Assembly: GCA_946965045.2 (NCBI GenBank)
Contig: OX337240.1
Location: 186,001-250,000, forward strand
DNA length: 64,000 nucleotides
Origin: Epithemia pelagica
Taxonomy: Eukaryota > Protista > Bacillariophyta
Direction: 5' to 3'
How positions within the stretch are numbered: position 1 is the first letter of the stretch; every line of letters begins with the position of its first letter. Both the position numbers and the translations under genes were made by a program. The notes under the pieces were generated by a model that was not told the DNA's origin, made no database searches, and saw nothing but the letters and a program-made list of their open reading frames with translations. Of this stretch, positions 55,098 through 64,000 are shown piece by piece.

Positions 55098-57010
55098 TTA
55101 GCTGTGGATCCCCCATTCCTCCAGCTTTCCAGGAAGAAGACGTCGGATCCTTTCCTTGAGAAAAGTCTCCACTTGTCGTGCGGACGCCCGTTTCTGGGGA
55201 TCCTGTTCATGGCACATGTGCATGGCCTCGACTGGTCAATCACACAGAAACGAGAGTAGGAAGAAAAAAAAAACACAAGTCAGCAGCGGTCGAAGCAAAT
55301 GGTGGTCCCACAGCATCCACAAGTGTCATTTCACCTACTGAGAGCCACAACGATTGGGTCTGTGCTTTGCGAGATTCGGGAAGGAAGTTCCGGTCGTTGA
55401 CCGTTCAGTACCATCTTTCCGACCTCATGATGGTCTTTCACGTTCTCAAATTGTCGTTGGCGAGTCAGAAGTATGTAGAAAAGGTTTCCAAGGGCATATA
55501 CATCAACCTATAGAGTATGGCATGTGGTTCAGTAACAAAAGAATCCAGATATACCGTGTAGGGGAATACCAGTGAGACTCACCTTCTCTGTCTCTGGCAA
55601 GTAGCCATATTCTTCCGGCGATCGATCAATTCCACCATTCAAGGAATAGGTAAATGGACAAATCTCTTGTGTTTCTGGATTCCAACGAAGAAACTGACCA
55701 CGATTGAAATCATTGAGCTTGACTCTTCCATCGTCCACAACAACAAATTGGGAGGTTGCCAAATCGGTGTGAACGACCGATGCTCGTCCCTCCTTGTCAA
55801 TGTTGTGAAGTGCCGACACTCCCAAGGTTGCTTGAATAGCTGGAAATCATGACAATGATTCAGATTGATTTCTGAGAGTGCTGTCACTGGTGAAAACGTA
55901 CGTACCGTATCGCACAAAGTCTGTAGGGATTGTTGTTGTTGACTTTGTTTCGTTCACTGTCCTCTTTTTGTTGGAGAAAATAATGTCATCCATGGAACCC
56001 TGGGAGGCAAACTCATAGATTCCAGACGAAGCACAAAAGACGTAAATGTCCAATATCCAAGGTGACACTGTCAAGTGTTCCATGATCATGGCGTCGAGGC
56101 GATTTCGATCCAAGTTCCGCGGTGAAAACATGTGTTTGGCTCGTTGTGTCTTGAGAACAACCTGTTCCACAACAGTGTTGTTTTCATGGTCATTATTGGC
56201 GGCATGGGAATGGAACTGTACGCTCCACACATCGCGTCGATATCCATGATTGATCATAGACATGGATAAGATACCGAGATGGAAGGGTGACGAACCTACA
56301 CTCATGCCCAGTTCATGGATCGCATTGCAATTCGGTTTGGAATCGAGTTGCCAAGGATATTGAAATTTGCAGGATTCAGTTTCCGGAAATGATACGGACT
56401 GATCCTCATAGTCTTTTGAATTTTCCAGCAGTTGTTGCTTTGTCACACTTGTCATGGGTCGTACCAGTCTATGGTTTGATAAGTCGTTCTCGACTTGTGG
56501 TGGTGGTGGCGAGTATGGAAGACTGTCTGGAGTGGACACTATTTGAATCACCCTTGGAAATACCCGTGATGGTTTTGGTGGGGAATGAACCTTTCTTGCG
56601 AGCGTACTATTTGTCGGACGTTCTATTGGCAATCGAAGCATCTGGGGCTGTTGTTGTTGTTGTTGTTGTTGTTGTGAGGTTTGTGGTGGTTTCGACCTGG
56701 TAGAAGAGTGCCTCCATAGAAGAAGAAGCATAATGGAAACGACCATGACAGTCACAGCTATACCTAAGGAACTAGACTTGAGGTAATAGCGTCCCCGGTG
56801 CCTCGCAATCTTGGCCTGTTTCTCATCCTCCTCCTGCTGCTGTCGTTCAATGCTTGCGGGTATTCGCCCGATCCGTTTCTTGCCGTTGTGGCGGTGTTTC
56901 GTCCATGATAACTCAGGAAAGGCTCTCTGTGAATCGCTTGTTGTTCCGAGTCTCTTGACGACGGTTCGATTGTCGGAGCCTTTGTTCTTGTTGTTCGATT
57001 CCATGAGCAT
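55098..57010 (-). CDS. Membrane-anchored protein kinase-like protein, copy 2
   Basis: Paralog of 43726-45627 with the same motifs; stop at 55098-55100. Confidence 0.75.
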
Positions 57011-57651
57011 CCACTCTTCTGGCTATTCAACATTCAACAATCTGGGTGTTCCGTTCTGCAGGTTGCATCGGAAGTTCCGCCTAGATAGCAGATGGGGACA
57101 GAACGCACAAAGAACGACTCATCGCCATCGTCAGAGAGATGTCTCTACATGTACTGTGGACTGGGGGGTAGCTTGTCGTTCCGTCTGCATGTCGACCAAA
57201 CTGATCGCTCTATAGTCGCACTACCGTCATATAAAAATCTGGAAAGCTCTACTCTGATGATTGCAATGATATGACCACCACCAAGACGAGTCTAGTGCCC
57301 AACGTCACGTTATAGGAGTATATCATGCCAAGTGTGCAATTGTTTCATTCGTCCTCGTGATATGGGCAGTCTCAAAGGAAAAGAGCCTATGCGGTATGGA
57401 GCGCTCCAGAATCGGTGTTTTGTTGTGGTTGATAAGACTGCTTCGTCCCGTAAAAAGCAATCGAATCGATTGTTCTATCGATTGAATCGATAGAACATGT
57501 TTCTATGTTTATTCCAAGTTCGAGGCACCTCATTGCTTCGACGCAGCGAAACCAACCAAATTCTACTACCTAGTATCGATGCAACTACCTAGAACTCATT
57601 TTCCACTACTTGCGTCTCGTGGGACGGGTTCAACAGAGTTTCCAGTTTCTC

Positions 57652-58785
57652 TTAGTACTCTTCAGTTTCGAGAAGAACCTGGCAGCTTTTGATACATATG
57701 CTTCGAACCTCCATATCAGTACATGGTTCACCATCTTCTTCTTCTTTCAGCCACTCGGAGCATTGCAATGGTGTGTCATCCTGTAGCACAAAGGGACGGC
57801 GACCCTTGTCATTGTTGAGACTGACTGTGTGGTCATTTCTCTTCCAATGACGTTCCATTTGGGACAAGTAGTATGGCATGTACGAGGGAGGAAAGGAGGC
57901 CGTATCCTCATCCAAGTATTCCGCCGTATCCTCATTAATGTCCGCAATGTACGTACTCACCGCCATTCGGAATTGTCGTTCGGGACGGTAGTTTGCCTTG
58001 CCCGTTCCATGGGGTGAAATGGCGCCCAAGACGACTCCTTGATCGTATCGAAACTCTATGCCCACGTCGTGCCACGTTTCACGATCGGCCACTTGAAGCA
58101 TGCCACCCGAGGTTGGAATGACAATGGGGAAGAGTACATTGTAAAAGCTTCCGTCCAAATCGTCGTTATCGATATGTATGTTGGTTCCATTGAATTAAGA
58201 TATCGCAATAAAAGACGATCGGATGAGCGACAAGCTTTGGCTACCATATGCTTCACCCAAGGTTTCCAAAATCGTGTCAAAGCCAGCCTTGCGAAAGAAA
58301 CTCAACATGACTTCAAAGGTCCATTCATCCCCTGGATCAATCCAAATCATGTCTCCTTCTGAATTCAAGTTGTTGGAGGTTCGAACGATCCACGTAGTTC
58401 CATCTTTCAATTGAATGAGACCTTCTTCGGTCTCGGTAATGGGCCTCGAATAGAGCAATTGGTCCACCACTCGCACGAGGCCGGATTCTTGGACATAGTC
58501 TTGAAAGACGTGGGCCAGTTCGGGTGGCAAACCAATGAGCGAGGTTTCCTGGTCCACAAGTTGCTGCGTATCGCGTCGCACCAATGGCACAATCTCACCA
58601 GGGGCCAACTCTTTGGGAGGTTCTTCCTCGGCCGAAAAGAGGTGCAACAACGACGAGGAATGTTCTTCTTCGGTCAAGTCTTGTTGTGCAGCTGCTGCTT
58701 TCACCAGATCGTTTCGAGTAATGGTATGGTATCCCCAGGACCGACCGAACAGGTACGCAATCAGAAAGGATCGGCAAGACACCAT
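57652..58785 (-). pseudogene. Putative Fe(II)/2OG oxygenase-fold protein with a single in-frame TAA (58195-58197)
   Basis: ORFs 58785-58195 and 58158-57652 share a frame: SSFIAIS*FNGTNIHIDNDDLDGSFYNVLFP...SPHGTG...FRMAV (HxD...H...R). Confidence 0.55.
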
Positions 58786-59981
58786 CTTATTCCTCCCGAT
58801 CTGTGAAGATTGTGAGCAGCTTTGGTTTCGCTGAACAGGCCCATTAAATAATGCGCAATGACCACGTGACTGGCATGCGCGGACAACTCGGAGTCATTCA
58901 CGCCGGGCGAGGCTTCAATTTCCACAGAGGTGCAAAGGACACTCAAACCACCCGACAAAAAACAAAAAAGACACACACAACACACAAGTCGTTCTTTCGA
59001 GTTGGGCGACAGTGTCTTGTTGGATCACATGTCCGTATACATGCCTTGTTTGGGGCTGGTCCATGGCTGGAGAAAATAATAATAAAACTTTATCGGTAGG
59101 ACTCGGGGAAACGCATCAGGTCCTCCTCATCACAATGCACAACAGTCTCACCAAGGAAAAAGGCCAGTAGCTTTGGATCCAACAAGAAAATCAGCCTCTT
59201 TCGACAAAAAGAAGCACAAAAGGAACGACTCCAGGTGCCGGAGCAACAGGAATCCATCGAAAACTGCTCCTTCACCATCCAGGTAGTAGTAGTACCAATC
59301 GAATGATTTCAAAACAACAACAACAACAACAACAACAAGGGGACGAGACTGTTGGGTGCCGCTGGGAACGGCTACTACTCCCACATAGAGACGAGTCCAG
59401 TACTCTAGAGCCTCAACGTTTCCTCGCCAATCAGGATGAAAAACTCACTGGAATCCCAACCAAACGATATAGAATACTGCTGTTCCCCAAGCAAGTTTGT
59501 GTTTGGGTGTTGTTGAGGTGGTGGTGGTTTTCAACCATGCGTGCTTGACACAACAACAACAACACCAACAACAAATAATGAGAAGAATGGCATTCGTCAC
59601 GTACCAATTCTACTACCAGACAAGGTGACCACCAGGATTGCTTTTCTTCTTATATATCCATGGAGTGAGATGAACCTTGTCGTCACTTTCGTGTCGTTTC
59701 CTATTATGCAGTGTCCCAGCAAGAACACAGCTTTGGATGGACACATACCAGTCCGTGTCCCTTGGTGGTTTTTGTTCTTTTTATGGGACACTTGTACCAT
59801 GGAGAGGCTTTCGTGGGCCTTCTTGTCGATCGAGCGACCCGTCGTCCAAGACAGACTGTAGTATCGTTCCACATGCTTTTTGTTGTGGTCACGACGGTGA
59901 ATCGTAGTAGTAGTAGTAGTAGTTGTGGAGGACAAGGAGACCAAATTCCTCGGTCCATACTGGTGGTGAATGACAAAAAGA

Positions 59982-60067
59982 AACCAACCAACCAACCAAC
60001 CAACCAACCAACCAACCAACCAACCAACCAACCAACCAACCAACCAACCAACCAACCAACCAACCAA
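59982..60067 (+). repeat. (AACC)n microsatellite, ~21 units
   Basis: Perfect aacc run. Other short arrays: (ACA)n near 59312-59338 and (GATT)n near 60776-60799. Confidence 0.95.
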
Positions 60068-60954
60068 TCGAGCATTCCAAACCATTCGAGGGGAACGAGG
60101 CACACACTACCAAGAATAACCAATGGAAGAGGACAATCGTCGTCCGTGTCCTTTCACACCGTCTAGGTAATAGAACAACACGATATAGAGAGATACTAGA
60201 GGCAGGCATTCCAAGAATAAAAAGGGGATTCGTTTCAAAGCAAGTCGAGGATTGCCGAGGAGCGAGCTAGAAAATGGATCCTAGAGCTATATATAGAGTA
60301 GTCTCTAGAGGTAGCTGTGGTAGCCAGAAGTCCCGGAACCTCCGAAACCCATTGAGTCCGTCAGTCCATCGTCCGAGACTCGGAATCCCAAAAAACAAAA
60401 AATCCAAACCGTGCTCCCCCAAGAACGCAACGGTTGAAATTTGGGGGACCACCAAGGGAGAATTTTTTCAAAAAAAGGAGAGCGCCCAGCCAGAAAGAGG
60501 ACACGACACGGCACACGGCACCAACCAAAAAATCCAAACAAACTCAACGACATCTTCTTCTCAAAATATCGTGTAGGGCAAACCTCTCTTCCCATTGCAT
60601 TTGTAAAAGAGAGCCTTCGGCTTGTGACTCTCGCTCTCTCAACAACAATCGTTTGTTTCTCCTATTACTGTGTTTTTGTTGGTAGCCAACCAAGAAAGAC
60701 AACCACACCGCCACACCTCTTTTTTGCTGGATGCAAGTGGATCGATCCAAAGAGGTGTGCACGACGACCACCGTGTGATTGATTGATTGATTGATTGATT
60801 CGGACTGGACGACGACGACGACAAGGATTGAATTGGATCGCTTCTCTCCGTAGAGTGCAAAGTGTTGAATCCAAACACACACTGGCACACACAAACGAGA
60901 GGAGAAACAAAAAAGTCTTTTTTTGGCAAAGAAAGAGAAAGAGACTGAGACTGA

Positions 60955-63900
60955 ATGGATCCACATTCGACGCTCTTTTCCGCGGCCCACGCCAACGACC
61001 AGGACGACATGGATCGTCCCACCATGGAGGAGAACCACGATGCACCCGCACGCAACGAAAAAGAACAGCAAGACCAAGACGCCTTGTTGGAGGAGGAGGA
61101 TACCGGCGAGATTACCACGGACGATGAAGACGAACATTTGCGAGCCACCCGCAACAAAAGTAGTAGCAACAACACGCACTACTTGTTGGGGCAAACGCAG
61201 CCCTACGACGACCACGACAAGGACGACGACGACCGTGAGGAACCCTCGGAACCGGTCGAACAGCAGAGTCTCGTCTCGGGCGATTCGACCCGGTTTCACG
61301 ATGAACCACCGTCTCTGCCAGGAGGAGGAACAACAGAGGACCCGCACCAAGGAAAACAAGAAGACAAGCAAGATCGGTTTGTGGATGACCATCCTGACGA
61401 CGACAACAAGGTAGAACAAGTCCAAGGAGTAGACGAACAAGACGACGACGAAGAAGAAACGGATCAATTTCCCACCACCACTCCTACGGCCGGTACGACC
61501 ATGAGGATGGATTCCGACAATGTATCGGTCGTGTCTCACAAGAGTAGTGCCCGCACGCAAAAGGAATGGCAATATCGACCCCACGGGGAACGGGCCTTGT
61601 ATTATCCCGACCAGGACAATCGCACGGTTCGACAGTTTGTCAATCGCAATCCCCTTCCACAGCGACAACCGGGCGACTTGGCGGGATCCTTGCATCGCTA
61701 CACGTCTCGGTACAGTACCCGGTATTTGCAAACGTTGCGCAAATTGGATTTTTGTCGCGACGATCGCAAGCAGGACATGACGTGGGGACGACGGTGGGCC
61801 TTGCATTTGCTCGATACACCCTGGTACAATCCCCGGGCCCGGCCGACCGCCACCACGCCCGATGAATTGCTGGGTCTCGTGGCATCCTCGTCCAATAGTT
61901 CCATATCACCCGCACCGGTGCGTCGCAGTCCTGGTCGACCGTCACAGCGACCGGAACAAGCGCGCCTCATGCATCGAGGAACGCATCACAGTCATGGCGA
62001 CGATGGGGCTTCCTTTTCCTCCATTTCCGTCTCTCTGGCCTCGGCCAGTGTCGCCACGGGAACTCCCCCACGCACCACCACCACGACAAGTCCCTCTTCG
62101 CCACGCGGCGTGGTTCATCATGCGACGACAGCCTCGACGCGCAGTACCCGCACGACGCATTCGTCCACGACCAAACGACCCGATACTCCCACCCCGAGCG
62201 ATGCCCATCCCTTTACCAAGGCGACCCAGGAACTGCCCTCGTTGGAAAAAGCATGGGCCTGTACGTATACCCCTTGTTTTGTTTCATACAATGCAGTTAC
62301 AATGCATTGGGATCCTCACAGTTGTGGACTTTTCTTGTCGTGTGTTGTTCTTGTTCTTGTGGTTGTGGTTCTTGTTCTTGTGGTTGTGGTTGTGGTTCTA
62401 CGACACCATAGACTTTGAACATGTCGCCTTGGCTCGTTACATTGTGTCACCCTCGTCTTCGACAAGTAAAAATGCCTCGTGTTGCAATAATAAAAGTGCT
62501 GGCTTGGATCGGGCCGATGCCAATGAACATTACTTACCGACCAAATTGTATTCGCCCTGGTGGTGTGCCACACCGCATGCCCAATTGGGCGATTGGGGCT
62601 TGGGTATGGGCCTGTACTTTTCGGCCGTGCGGGCCATTGGCATTCTCATGTTGTTGGTGGGCCTATTGAATTGGCCCAATTTGCAATACTATGCCAGCAG
62701 CGACTATCACAATCCATCCAATACAGCCCAAGCAGAGGATGCCTATGAGTCGTTGCGACCCGTCTTGCAAGGATCGGCCATTTGTACCGATACCACCTGG
62801 GTGCCCTGTCCCGATTGTACCTCCACCTACTTTGCCAGTGACCGATTGGTCACCACCGCCACCAAGGTGGGTGGCGCCAATGGATCGATGCAAACCACGA
62901 CGTTTGCCTTGCGCAACAATTGTGTGGCCATTGATAGCGTAGGGGAAACGGGAGTGTCCAATTACTTGACCTTGCTGCTCATTGTCGTGGGCCTCTACCT
63001 CGTCAACAAGTACTTGTCTGCCATGGAAATTACCTTTGATGAAGATGAACAAACGGCGCAAGATTATTCCATTGTCGTCAAGAATCCACCCGGCAATGCC
63101 ACGGATCCCAAGGAATGGCAAGACTATTTTGAACAAGAAGCCTTTTTTACGCACGAAAATCATTCATCCTTGGACGACCAAGACGACGACAAGGACGACG
63201 ACGAAGAACAACCGCAGTCGGATGAAGGCGAAACTCGTCCCACTCGTCGTAAACCACGTGGTCACAGTCGTCACCGTCCGCGTCGTCCGCATGTCACGGC
63301 TTGTACCATTGCCGTGGACAATGACTTGTTGGTCCGATGCCTCGTCGAACGCCGGGAAGTGTTGCGTCGTTTGGAATTCTTGGTCGATCCGGGCACAGCC
63401 CTGGATTCCTTGACCTTGGCCCGTGTCGCGGCCAAACTGGAACGCCATCGTACCGTCTTGCAATCCTTGTGGGCCCACGTGATTTGGCCCGGCATTCCCG
63501 AATACTTTGCCCGTCTCGTCGTCTTGACGGCCAAAATTCAAGGTCTGGCCCAACAGGCGTACCCGGCCACCAAAATTTTTGTCACGTTGGAAACCGAGGC
63601 CTCGCAACGCGCCATTTTGTCCGCCTTGACCGTGGGGAAACATCATGTCAAGCGCAACAACTCGGCCGCCTTGCCTTCCAGCAACAGTCCGCAAATGAAC
63701 AATCCCTTCTTGTTTCGGGGCAAACAAGTGTTGCATGTCAAGGAACCGGATGAACCCAATACCATTCGATGGCAAGATTTGAATGAAACCACGTGGAATC
63801 GAATCAAACAACAAGGCATTACCACCTTGGTATCCTTGGGTCTCATTATTCTCAATGCCTTTGTCATTGGTAAGGTCCACGATAGTTCCATTGTCGCCTC

Positions 63901-64000
63901 GGCCTTTTTGGTGGCCTTGACCAATGTGCTGTTCCCCACCTTGGCCAAGTTCATGACCTCGTTTGAAAAGCACGCGTCCGAGGGAAGCAAACAACGATCC
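60955..64000 (+). CDS. OSCA/TMEM63 (CSC1-like) channel protein, 3' truncated by the window end
   Basis: Exon 1 60955-62260, intron 62261-62411, then an open frame to 64000. Motifs AWAYFEH, LGDWGLGMGLYF, DEDEQTAQDYSIVVKNPP, IFVTLETE and EPDEPNTIRWQDL followed by TM helices. Confidence 0.82.

Larger units (their letters stand above)
48876..57253 (+). repeat. Segmental duplication, copy 2 (~8.38 kb)
   Basis: Direct repeat of 37511-45870. Confidence 0.97.

Noticed and set aside
8222-58197. Alternative genetic code explaining the lone stops
   Set aside because: All three stop types occur both internally and as normal terminators, and one internal TGA is CGA in the paralog.
59597-60209. ORFs with LVGW or TNQP repeats
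   Set aside because: Translations of the (AACC)n microsatellite.
60544-63994. Long minus-strand ORFs (420, 276 aa and others) and similar ones opposite the duplicated genes
   Set aside because: Antisense shadows of real plus-strand genes.

Overview
Eukaryotic, intron-containing sequence that looks like a diatom or other stramenopile (inferred from CoDi-type copia, Crypton-type recombinase, short GT-AG introns and CAA/AACC microsatellites). No rRNA, tRNA or CRISPR array was seen. Layout: (1) 0.1-1.5 kb, a macrodomain gene whose 3' end is triplicated. (2) 3.6-12.7 kb, a young full-length Ty1/copia element (503-bp LTRs, 1 mismatch, GTCCC target duplication). It has non-canonical AG...CA ends, gag and pol in one frame separated by a single TAG, and it splits a 179-aa host ORF. 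(3) 14.4-36.75 kb, a nest of elements bounded by inverted repeats. The inner ~18.4-kb element encodes a Plavaka-type DDE transposase, an accessory protein, two tail-to-tail paralogous Cys-rich proteins and a giant RING-RING-TET/JBP-like dioxygenase. The outer element encodes a Crypton-like tyrosine recombinase with three in-frame stops. (4) A Harbinger-type MITE, then an ~8.4-kb three-gene block (dioxygenase-TM-Tudor-like gene, bioF, membrane-anchored kinase-like gene) present twice; the spacer between the copies holds a piggyBac-like element and a small RXL/Lys-rich secreted peptide gene. (5) A second dioxygenase-like gene broken by one stop, and the 5' part of an OSCA/TMEM63 channel gene. 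The best candidate for an undescribed system is the Plavaka + TET/JBP + RING + Cys-rich-pair element, an association I know only from basidiomycete fungi. All family assignments are from motif recognition by eye; no database searches were run.
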